Source: Clostridia bacterium
Lineage (GTDB): Bacteria > Bacillota > Clostridia > Christensenellales > Aristaeellaceae
DNA length: 64,000 bases
NCBI GenBank assembly: GCA_045590215.1
Contig: JAZNQO010000028.1
Span: forward strand, 10,144 to 74,143
Direction: 5' to 3'
The number at the start of each line of letters is the position of its first letter. Position 1 is the first letter of the stretch. The translations under genes and the position numbers were made by a program. Shown here in pieces: positions 54,747 to 64,000 of the stretch. The notes beneath the pieces were generated by a model. It saw nothing but the letters and a program-made list of their open reading frames with translations. It did no database searches and was not told where the DNA came from.

Positions 54747-55346
54747 ATGGCCGTTTGTCCTCATTGCCAAAGAGAAAATCCCGTGATTTCCGCTTTCTGC
54801 CCAGCCTGCGGCGGAGCCATGCAGGAAAAAGATGTGCCGGAGATGCTAAAGCCCATGGGGCCTCCTGCCCATCCAGCCCTGATGCCCATGAAATGGTATA
54901 AATTTTTGATTTATTTCGGCCTGCCCCTGAGCTTCATCATGAATGTCCTTTCTCTGATAGACACAATTCCCCTTTTGAAAGATTTTCAGCCGTCGGATTA
55001 TCTGCCCGGCCTTGCGGATATAGTTTATATCCATTCCGTCATCGGCATTGGTATCACCGCCATTACCCTTCTTCTGATCCTGCTGGCGGAAATCAAGCTG
55101 TACAAAAGGCAATGGCCGGGGGTCAGGCTGCTGCTTGCCGTGTATCTGCTCCAAGCCCTGTATTCTGTTGTGATGATCGTCTTCCTGCTCACAATGGCAA
55201 CGCCCACAGATGTGCTGGCGGCCTCCATTGTTGCCCAGCTGATGAGCCAGTTTATTGTGAGCGGCATCGGCATGATCGTCATGTTTTTCCTCAATCGCAC
55301 CTATTTTCGGAAAAGAAAAGCCCTTTTTTCGTCAAATGACCTGTAA
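54747..55346 (+). CDS. zinc-ribbon membrane protein
   Basis: CPHCQRENPVISAFCPACG followed by 4 TM helices. AAAGGAG lies 9 nt upstream of the ATG at 54747. Confidence 0.7.
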   Translation: MAVCPHCQRENPVISAFCPACGGAMQEKDVPEMLKPMGPPAHPALMPMKWYKFLIYFGLPLSFIMNVLSLIDTIPLLKDFQPSDYLPGLADIVYIHSVIGIGITAITLLLILLAEIKLYKRQWPGVRLLLAVYLLQALYSVVMIVFLLTMATPTDVLAASIVAQLMSQFIVSGIGMIVMFFLNRTYFRKRKALFSSNDL

Positions 55347-55382
55347 ATTTGCCCCGAATGCAAAAAAATATTCAAAAAACCC

Positions 55383-55411
55383 TTGCATTTTGGTTTTATC
55401 TGTGATAAAAT
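55383..55411 (+). promoter_or_regulatory. candidate rpsT promoter
   Basis: TTGCAT, a 17-nt spacer, then TAAAAT. Confidence 0.55.
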
Positions 55412-55461
55412 TGCCAATGCTGATTCATCAGCGAGAAGAATTTACCGGGAGGTGAAGGAAG

Positions 55462-55725
55462 TTGCCGAACATCAAGTCCGCCATGAAGCGTGTAAAGGTG
55501 AGCAAAAAGAAGAACCTGCGGAATCGTATGGTGAAGACGGGCGTTAAGACTGCCATTAAGAAGTATCAGGTCGCTCTGACCGAGGGCGTCGCCCCCGCCG
55601 GTGCGCAACTGAGCGCCACCACCTCCGCTATCGATAAAGCGGTGTCCAAGGGCGTTATGCACAAGAATACCGCCAACCGCAAAAAGGCTCGTCTGGCCAA
55701 GGCCCTCAACAAGGTCGAAGCGTAA
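55462..55725 (+). CDS. rpsT: 30S ribosomal protein S20 (TTG start)
   Basis: PNIKSAMKRVKVSKKKNLRN...AIDKAVSKGVMHKNTANRKKARL. GGGAGG lies upstream. Confidence 0.93.
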   Translation: MPNIKSAMKRVKVSKKKNLRNRMVKTGVKTAIKKYQVALTEGVAPAGAQLSATTSAIDKAVSKGVMHKNTANRKKARLAKALNKVEA

Positions 55726-55748
55726 GCCTTTCAAAACGCAAAACCAAA

Positions 55749-55772
55749 ACCCGCTCGTGGCGGGTTTTTTTG
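55749..55772 (+). terminator. intrinsic terminator of rpsT
   Basis: ACCCGC-TCGTG-GCGGGT followed by TTTTTTT. Confidence 0.85.
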
Positions 55773-55829
55773 TTGTTTATATTTGGTTTTCCGAAGAGAA
55801 GAAATAGAAGGCGGAATGCGAAATTCCTT

Positions 55830-56717
55830 TTATTCCCACGTTGCGCAGAAGCAGGTCACATACCACTTATATTTCTTTCCGCCGGAAGAGGTTTGCCGGG
55901 GGTCGTCGTAATGATAAATCTCCGGCTCCAGCCATTCTTCTTCCGGCAGCAGGGTCAAATTTCTTTCCGGGTCTTCGGCGTTGGCGTTATAGAGGAAGCT
56001 GAACCGCTTCACTGCGCTGCCCACATTGCCTTCCACCGTAAACACCTGATATTCACCGTTGCCCCTGTCCCAAACGTCCGTCACGATGCCCACATGCACA
56101 TCGGCGTAATAATCCCGTGCACCGTAGATGATCAGATAGCCGGGCTTTGGCACGTTGGTCAGCCGCTCCATATTGGTAAACGCCGTGCGAATCTTGGGCA
56201 CGCCGGCTTCCCTTACGCTGTAGGGAATGCCGCCTTCATGGGGCTTCACCTTCCGGAAGGTATCCGTAGGCTCCAGCGGCACGCCGGCAGTGTCCATGCA
56301 ATAATTGGCAAAGGCACCGCACCAGCCGATGTTTTCATAGCCCCACCACTTGATGAATTTATTGCCCTTCTTGGTTTTGTCCAGCCGCTTTTCCCCTAAT
56401 GCCTCCCATTCCTGCAGGGCGATATTGATGGCGTCCCGGATGACGGCAGGCACCGCATCCACCACTTCTACTTCCACCAATACTTCATCTTCGTCTTTCA
56501 TCAGATACAGCATGGCATAGCCTTCCTGCAGGGCATGGATGGTATCCCCGTCGCCGTAAGCCACTTCCGGGGCATCGCTGTCCCATTTGCCGGAAAAAGG
56601 CAATTCAAAAGAGAGGCTTTCCCCGGCCGTCATTTGTACATATTCGGGCAAAAGTTCCGCCCCGGCGCAGGAGAGAACCGTCAGCAACACCATCCATATG
56701 CAAACAAACCGCTTCAT
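55830..56717 (-). CDS. secreted CHAP-domain peptidoglycan hydrolase-like protein
   Basis: Signal peptide; catalytic-Cys context NIGWCGAFANYC; His context DVHVGIV. Confidence 0.78.
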   Translation of the reverse strand: MKRFVCIWMVLLTVLSCAGAELLPEYVQMTAGESLSFELPFSGKWDSDAPEVAYGDGDTIHALQEGYAMLYLMKDEDEVLVEVEVVDAVPAVIRDAINIALQEWEALGEKRLDKTKKGNKFIKWWGYENIGWCGAFANYCMDTAGVPLEPTDTFRKVKPHEGGIPYSVREAGVPKIRTAFTNMERLTNVPKPGYLIIYGARDYYADVHVGIVTDVWDRGNGEYQVFTVEGNVGSAVKRFSFLYNANAEDPERNLTLLPEEEWLEPEIYHYDDPRQTSSGGKKYKWYVTCFCATWE

Positions 56718-57418
56718 ACTTCTTCCTTTCTTTCGCCTTTTCGGGCGATGCCCATCAGGGCGGTCACAGGCAGGCTGAACACAATGCCGTGGCCTTCCGT
56801 CTGCATGCCGGCCGCCTTGGTCACTGCCTGCATAACAGGCAGCTTATGTTCCTTATCTACCACAATTAGCAGCATTTCCTTTTCCGGCTGAATGGTGATG
56901 CCGAAGAAATGGCTGCCTTCCTGCGAGGATGCACCCCGTGCATGGATCACCGTGCCGCCGCCGGCTCCTGCCGGACGGGCTGCTTCCATCACTGTTTCGG
57001 AAAATCCTTTATTGATGATAGCCACGATCAGTTCATGGCTGCTTTGCTCCGTCATTTTCTTTTCCTCCTCTTGCTGATCCACTTCCTCACTGCCCATCAG
57101 CATTTTCAGCGTTGCCGCCCCGGCCACACTGCCCACCGGCAGCACAAAGGCAATGCCCATGCCGGGCCTGTCAATATCCAGCGCATAGCTCAACCGGGCC
57201 AGTGCCCCGTGCGCCACTTTACTTGGAAGAAAGCTGAATACCACGTCCTTGGCCGTATCCTTCAGCCCAAGAACGCTCAATATCCCCTTATGGGTTGTGC
57301 CATGGCCCATGGAAACGGTGTGATGATTGGCCCCTTCCCGGTTCAGCAGGGAAGCGACCCCTTCTCCCTTGCCCCGGTCCACAATGGTGACCAGCAGGCT
57401 AAGCAATGCGTTGTGCAT
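56714..57418 (-). CDS. tandem P-II-like signal-transduction protein (two P-II-type domains)
   Basis: Two repeats of the type LLVTIVDRGKGEGV... and LIVAIINKGFSETVMEAARPAGAGGGTV...IVF. It sits immediately after a DUF1538 gene, as is usual for this pair. Confidence 0.7.
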   Translation of the reverse strand: MHNALLSLLVTIVDRGKGEGVASLLNREGANHHTVSMGHGTTHKGILSVLGLKDTAKDVVFSFLPSKVAHGALARLSYALDIDRPGMGIAFVLPVGSVAGAATLKMLMGSEEVDQQEEEKKMTEQSSHELIVAIINKGFSETVMEAARPAGAGGGTVIHARGASSQEGSHFFGITIQPEKEMLLIVVDKEHKLPVMQAVTKAAGMQTEGHGIVFSLPVTALMGIARKGERKEEV

Positions 57419-57430
57419 ATTTCCCCTCCG

Positions 57431-58981
57431 CTATACGTCAATGATTTCCTCTTCTTCCGGCACGATTTCTGGCTTGCTGTGCCGGGTTTTCAGCCGATAA
57501 ACAACACCCAGAATCTGAATGGCAATCAGCGGCGTCATGGCCACCATCGCCACCACGCCAAAGGCATCCTCCAGCAGATTGCCGCCTACGGCGCCGCAGG
57601 CACCCATAGCCAGGGGCAGCATAAACGCCGCCGTCAACGGCCCGGATGCCACACCGCCGGAGTCAAACGCAATGGCCGTGAATATGGGCGGACACACAAA
57701 AGTAAGCACCAGAGCCAGAAAATAGCCCGGAGCCAAGAACCACCAGACGGAAAGCCCCGTCACCACCCGCAGCATGGCCATGCTCACCGAAGCCGCCACA
57801 CCGATGGACAAGGCCATCATCATAGCGGATTTGCTGATGGCACCGGACGAAACTTCTTCCACTTGATTGTTCAGCACGTGCACAGCCGGTTCCGCCCGCA
57901 CCACCAGAAAGCCAATCAAAGCCCCCAGCGGCACCAACAGCCATACATATTCCGCCGCCAGATATTGCCCCAAAAACCGGCCCATGGGCAAAAAACCCAC
58001 GTTCACACCGGCCAGGAAAATCACCAGCCCCAGATATGTATATAGAACACCCACGCCAATGCGCCTTATTTCCGCAAAAGGCAAGTGCAGGGAAAACACC
58101 TGAAACCCGGCAAACAAAACCACAATGGGCAGCAGAGCGACCACTACTTCCTTCAGGTAATGCGGAAAAGCAGAGGCAAAGGACGAAATCAATTCATGCG
58201 TATTTTCCACCTGAACCGCCGCAGCAGCTTCGCTTGTGTTTTCCAGATGCGGATAAAACAGGCTGATCAGCATGATAGCCAGAATGGGGCCGATGGAACA
58301 CAGAGCCACCAGGCCGAAGCTGTCGTCCTCCGCTTCACGGCCGCTGCGCACATTGGCCACACCCATGCCAAGAGCCAGTATGAAAGGCACCGTAATGGGC
58401 CCTGTGGTAACACCGCCGGAATCAAACGCCATGGGCAAAAAGGAGGGCTGAATAAACAACCCCAACACAAACACCAGCCCATACAGGCCGATCAGCATAT
58501 ATTTCAGCTTGATACGGAACAAAATCCGCAAAAGAGCCAGCACCAGAAACAGCCCCACGCCCACTGCCACCGTCAGGATCAGCACCGCATTGGGCACGCC
58601 GTTTATCTGATTGGCCAGTACCGTCAGATCCGGCTCCGCCACCGTGATCAATACGCCCAGCAAAAAAGCAAAACCGCATAAAAAATAAATATTCTTTTTT
58701 CGGGTCAGGCCGGCACCCATATATTCGCCCATGGGCAGCATGGCCATATCCGCACCCATGGTAAACAACCCCATACCCAGCACCAGCAAAAACGCCCCCA
58801 GAAAGAACTGGGCGATCATGCCCAGATCCACCGGCACAAACGTAACGCTGCAGGCTGAAACCACCAATGCAATGGGCAGCACCGACATCAGCGATTCCCG
58901 GCACTTCTCCATCAGCTTTTTGGCTGCCATTCGCCGTTTGGGTAAAAAAGCATCAAGAGATCTTCTGGTTTTCCTGATCAA
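57431..58981 (-). CDS. DUF1538 family polytopic membrane protein (internal duplication; TTG start)
   Basis: Two similar halves, each with an FDSGGV(T/A)(T/S)GP motif. GGGGAG lies upstream of the TTG at 58981. The family name is recalled from memory. Confidence 0.7.
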   Translation of the reverse strand: MIRKTRRSLDAFLPKRRMAAKKLMEKCRESLMSVLPIALVVSACSVTFVPVDLGMIAQFFLGAFLLVLGMGLFTMGADMAMLPMGEYMGAGLTRKKNIYFLCGFAFLLGVLITVAEPDLTVLANQINGVPNAVLILTVAVGVGLFLVLALLRILFRIKLKYMLIGLYGLVFVLGLFIQPSFLPMAFDSGGVTTGPITVPFILALGMGVANVRSGREAEDDSFGLVALCSIGPILAIMLISLFYPHLENTSEAAAAVQVENTHELISSFASAFPHYLKEVVVALLPIVVLFAGFQVFSLHLPFAEIRRIGVGVLYTYLGLVIFLAGVNVGFLPMGRFLGQYLAAEYVWLLVPLGALIGFLVVRAEPAVHVLNNQVEEVSSGAISKSAMMMALSIGVAASVSMAMLRVVTGLSVWWFLAPGYFLALVLTFVCPPIFTAIAFDSGGVASGPLTAAFMLPLAMGACGAVGGNLLEDAFGVVAMVAMTPLIAIQILGVVYRLKTRHSKPEIVPEEEEIIDV

Positions 58982-60140
58982 TACCTTTCTCCCCTTTCAG
59001 CGTTGGGTCATCCCCATCCGTCAGTTGTCTGGCTTTCTGGCTGCGGATGCTGGCAGAGCTGTCCCACACCACGCATCCAAGCCCCACAATCAGGGATAAA
59101 TAATAAGTGAAGAACCGCCACAAAAGTAAGGCTCCCAGCAATTTATTTTCCGGAAAAATTCCCTGGAAGAAGATATAGAAGCCGCCCTCCTGCGCCCCGG
59201 AAGCACCGGGCAGAGGCGTAAAGGATGCCCCGATATAAAGCAGGAACTGCAACACCAGTATTTCGCCATACTGATAGACGCTCTGCCCCATAGCCCGATA
59301 CACGCAATAGGAAATGCTCATCAGCCCCATCACCTGAATGCAGGAAATCATCAGCAGCACCGCCAATTGCCCCGGATGATGGGTAACCATATCCACGCTG
59401 GCATGGAAATCCGCTAAGGCAGCGTCCATCCGTGAGGTGGTTCTGGCCACGTCCTTTACAATGCGCAGCTTATTGAGCAGGTTAATTATCAAAGAAATAA
59501 TAAACCGAACGATATTTTTATTGATGGCCAGCAGCAGCACCGCCGCCACCGTAAAGCCATTGAGCACAAAGCCTGTGATCACAACCACCCGCGCCCTTGT
59601 AATGCAGGCCCGGACAATTTCCGGATGCAATATCCACATCAGTCCGCCAAGGGTCAAAAGGGCGGTCTGGAAACAGAAAAACTTCACCGCCAAAGCGGAA
59701 GAGGAAACCCCCGGCGCAATGCCCCGCTTTTTGAAAGCGAAAACCTGCATGGGCTGGCCGCCGGTGGCCGCAGGCGTAACGCTGGAATAAAACATGCCGA
59801 TAACCGATACCAGTAAGCTGGTACCAAACTTTGGCTTTAACTTTTGCTGGCGGAAAAACACATGCACGCCCAACGCCTCAAACACCATAAAAAGGCCGTA
59901 AGAAACCAAGGCCATCCCTATCCAGAACGGATGGCTGCTTCTCAAGGCGTGCCAGGCATCGCCAATTTCACCGTTTGCCGCACCCAGATAAATCACAATG
60001 CCAATGGTGAGAAAAATCACCAGCGCATTGAGAATATTGCTGCGGGTTTGTTTGGTGATTTTGACCAACAGTTTTTTCCTCGCGCTTCCAAAGGATAGGC
60101 AATAACGATATACTGCCACGTTCATTATAGCATAAAACAC
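58953..60140 (-). CDS. flippase-like / lysylphosphatidylglycerol-synthase transmembrane-domain protein (UPF0104); start uncertain (GTG 60140 or ATG 60125)
   Basis: About 8 TM helices and the SSVTPAATGGQPMQ motif typical of LPG_synthase_TM. Confidence 0.7.
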   Translation of the reverse strand: MFYAIMNVAVYRYCLSFGSARKKLLVKITKQTRSNILNALVIFLTIGIVIYLGAANGEIGDAWHALRSSHPFWIGMALVSYGLFMVFEALGVHVFFRQQKLKPKFGTSLLVSVIGMFYSSVTPAATGGQPMQVFAFKKRGIAPGVSSSALAVKFFCFQTALLTLGGLMWILHPEIVRACITRARVVVITGFVLNGFTVAAVLLLAINKNIVRFIISLIINLLNKLRIVKDVARTTSRMDAALADFHASVDMVTHHPGQLAVLLMISCIQVMGLMSISYCVYRAMGQSVYQYGEILVLQFLLYIGASFTPLPGASGAQEGGFYIFFQGIFPENKLLGALLLWRFFTYYLSLIVGLGCVVWDSSASIRSQKARQLTDGDDPTLKGEKGIDQENQKIS

Positions 60141-60215
60141 GCTTCTTTGTCACCTTTTTTATTTATCTTGACCATCAAACACAATTTTTAAGGGAAACAT
60201 CACAAAGGTTTAGAA

Positions 60216-60252
60216 AATGTGCATTGACACACATTGCATAAAATGTTATATT
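60216..60252 (+). promoter_or_regulatory. near-consensus xylB promoter bracketed by an inverted repeat
   Basis: TTGACA (60224-60229), a 17-nt spacer, then TATATT (60247-60252). AATGTG (60216-60221) and CACATT (60230-60235) flank the -35. Confidence 0.6.
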
Positions 60253-60301
60253 TTTTGCAGCAAGATTTTTTCCTATTACAAGGATGAAAAGGAGAATGTA
60301 T

Positions 60302-61822
60302 ATGGCATATTTACTGGGTATTGATATCGGCACTTCCGGTACCAAAACGGTGATTTTTGATGAGCAGGGCAACGGCCTTGCTTCCTATACCGGCGAATAC
60401 GGCATGCAACAGCCCAAAAACGGCTGGGCAGAGCAGCATCCCCAGGACTGGTGGGAAGCCGTCGTGGACGGCATCCGTGCGGTGCTGGGCAAGAGCGGCG
60501 TGGATGCCGCCGAGATCGCCGGCATCGGCCTTTCCGGCCAGATGCACGGGCTGACCATGCTGGATAAAGACAACAAAGTGCTGCGCCCCGCCATCATCTG
60601 GTGCGACCAGCGCACGGCGCAGGAATGCGCTGAAATCGAGGCACTGATGGGCGGTCGGGACAGGCTGATTGCCATCACGGCCAACCCTGCCCTCACCGGC
60701 TTCACCGCCGGCAAAATCCGCTGGGTGCAAAAGCACGAGCCCGAAATTTACGAAAAGTGCGCTCACATCCTGCTGCCCAAGGATTATATCCGCTTCATGC
60801 TCACCGGCGAATACGCAACGGAAGTTTCCGATGCCAGCGGCATGCAGCTGCTGGACGTGCCCGGCCGCTGCTGGTCTGACACCGTTCTGGAAAAGCTGGG
60901 CATTGACAAGGCTCTCCTGGGCAAGGTTTACGAAAGCCCTGAAGTGACCGGCGTGATCACCCCCCGTGTGGCGGAACTGACAGGCCTCAAAGCCGGCACC
61001 CCCGTGGTTGGCGGCGCAGGCGATAACGCTGCCGCTGCTGTTGGCACAGGCGTTGTGCGCTCCGGCCGTGCTTTCACCACCATCGGCACCTCCGGCGTGG
61101 TCTTTGCCCATACTGATATGGTCACCATTGACCCCCTTGGCCGTGCCCACACCTTCTGCTGCGCCGTGCCCGGTGCATGGCATGTGATGGGCGTGACCCA
61201 GGCTGCCGGCCTCTCCCTCAAGTGGTTCCGGGATACCCTGTGCGCTGACGAAGTGGCCGTAGCCAATCAGATGGGCTGCGACAGCTATGACCTGATCAAC
61301 AAGCAGGTGGCCCAGTCCCCCATCGGGGCTAACCGCCTGTTCTATCTGCCTTACCTGATGGGCGAACGCACCCCCCACCTGGATTCCGATTGCCGCGGTG
61401 CTTTCGTGGGTCTTTCCGCCATGCACCAGAAGCGGGATATGGTTCGTGCCGTCATGGAAGGCGTTGCCTATTCCCTGAAGGATTGCCAGAGCCTGTTCGG
61501 CCAGATGGGCCTGAACATTAACCATATGGCAGCCTGCGGCGGCGGTGCCAAGAGCCCCATCTGGCGGCAGATGCTGGCTGACCTGTATGGCTGCGATATC
61601 ATGACGGTCAAGGGCGAAGGCCCTGCCCTCGGCGTGGCTCTGCTGGCCGGTGTTGGCGCAGGCATCTATTCCTCCGTGCCCGAAGCATGCGATGCCGCCA
61701 TCCAGTACGGCGACAAGCAAGCTCCCGATGAAAATGCGGCTGAATATATCAAGAATTACGAATTCTACCGCACCATCTATCCCGCCCTGAAGGACGTTTA
61801 CGCCCGTCTGGCGCACCTGTAA
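60302..61822 (+). CDS. xylB: xylulokinase
   Basis: LLGIDIGTSGTK, LSGQMHGL and GGGAKS motifs of the FGGY kinases. AAGGAG precedes the ATG at 60302. Confidence 0.9.
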   Translation: MAYLLGIDIGTSGTKTVIFDEQGNGLASYTGEYGMQQPKNGWAEQHPQDWWEAVVDGIRAVLGKSGVDAAEIAGIGLSGQMHGLTMLDKDNKVLRPAIIWCDQRTAQECAEIEALMGGRDRLIAITANPALTGFTAGKIRWVQKHEPEIYEKCAHILLPKDYIRFMLTGEYATEVSDASGMQLLDVPGRCWSDTVLEKLGIDKALLGKVYESPEVTGVITPRVAELTGLKAGTPVVGGAGDNAAAAVGTGVVRSGRAFTTIGTSGVVFAHTDMVTIDPLGRAHTFCCAVPGAWHVMGVTQAAGLSLKWFRDTLCADEVAVANQMGCDSYDLINKQVAQSPIGANRLFYLPYLMGERTPHLDSDCRGAFVGLSAMHQKRDMVRAVMEGVAYSLKDCQSLFGQMGLNINHMAACGGGAKSPIWRQMLADLYGCDIMTVKGEGPALGVALLAGVGAGIYSSVPEACDAAIQYGDKQAPDENAAEYIKNYEFYRTIYPALKDVYARLAHL

Positions 61823-63385
<1,563 letters not shown>

Positions 63386-63393
63386 AATCACAC

Positions 63394-63441
63394 AAAAAAA
63401 CAGCCGTGGAAGAAACGATTTCTCCACGGCTGTTTTCTTTT
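63394..63441. terminator. bidirectional intrinsic terminator between abfA and the SGNH gene
   Basis: CAGCCGTGGA...TCCACGGCTG stem with an A-run before it and a T-run after it. Confidence 0.8.
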
Positions 63442-63443
63442 GC

Positions 63444-63995
63444 TTATAAATAGCGGCTGATGGCTTCCGCCACCTGTGTTGCAGCGATGGTATTGCCCTC
63501 GTCGTTGAGGTGCAGATGGTCGCCCCGGTCATAGGTGACCATTTTATCGTGCATGGTGGCAAACAAATCGTCCACGGGAATATCATATTTCGCCGCCACT
63601 TTTTTCACAATCTCGTTATACGCCCGGATGCCGGTGGTGTCGGGATTGGTGGTGGGCATGATGGTGCCGAAAATAATCTTCACGCCGGGGAATAATTTCC
63701 GCAGCACAATCACCGTGCGCTCCACCGCCGATTCATATTCTTCCGGCAGGGAGAAGGGGCGGCCAATCTGATAATCATCCCCCAGATCCCACAGGCCGCA
63801 GCTCCAATGCACAATATCGGGCTTGGGAAACTGATCCAGCCAGAAGCGAAGAGAATTGAGGGTATAGCCTGCCCAGCGGCCGTTTTCGACGGGGCCGTGC
63901 ACCCCGGCCTTTCCTTCCAGCATTTTGCGCACAAAGGGTTCATATCCCTGCCGTCTGGAATCCCCCAGCAGCAGCACTTGTTTCATTTCAGCCAT
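63444..63995 (-). CDS. SGNH/GDSL family hydrolase (start near the window edge, 63995 or 63986)
   Basis: LLLGDSRR block I, the GLWD region and the HLHLNDEG block V. Confidence 0.8.
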   Translation of the reverse strand: MAEMKQVLLLGDSRRQGYEPFVRKMLEGKAGVHGPVENGRWAGYTLNSLRFWLDQFPKPDIVHWSCGLWDLGDDYQIGRPFSLPEEYESAVERTVIVLRKLFPGVKIIFGTIMPTTNPDTTGIRAYNEIVKKVAAKYDIPVDDLFATMHDKMVTYDRGDHLHLNDEGNTIAATQVAEAISRYL

Positions 63996-64000
63996 GTTTC

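Overview
This is a GC-rich, gene-dense chromosomal segment with about 58 protein genes and little non-coding DNA. It looks like a spore-forming member of the Clostridia. That taxon call is an inference from spoIIGA-sigE, a CotH-type kinase, CIRCE-groESL, a T-box leuS leader, PFOR and several fused housekeeping genes. Most of the content is housekeeping and central metabolism: the PFOR 5' end, pckA, pfkA, groESL, leuS, mnmG, ispDF, rph-rdgB, birA, queH and rpsT. There are also hemicellulose/pentose genes (GH10 xylanase, xylB, GH51 arabinofuranosidase) and several operons of poorly characterised envelope proteins. I saw no rRNA, tRNA, CRISPR array, transposase, integrase, phage gene or recognisable defence system. 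Four things stand out. (1) A modular intergenic repeat family occurs at four places (about 1490-1830, 23872-24240, 34160-34446, 35770-35975); its 80-nt core is nearly identical in two copies, and a 20-mer of that core is exactly inverted in a third. (2) There are unusual domain fusions: MutY-GNAT, and a flavodoxin-like reductase-SCP2-membrane protein under a PadR repressor with a textbook promoter and operators. (3) A TetM/EF-G-like GTPase heads an operon containing tandem LRR-SH3 paralogs that share a gene-conversion tract. (4) There is a pseudo-receiver + SPFH/zinc-ribbon gene pair, and a flippase-like/DUF1538/tandem P-II/CHAP operon. All functional calls come from motif recognition by eye on the supplied translations; no database search or folding program was available.
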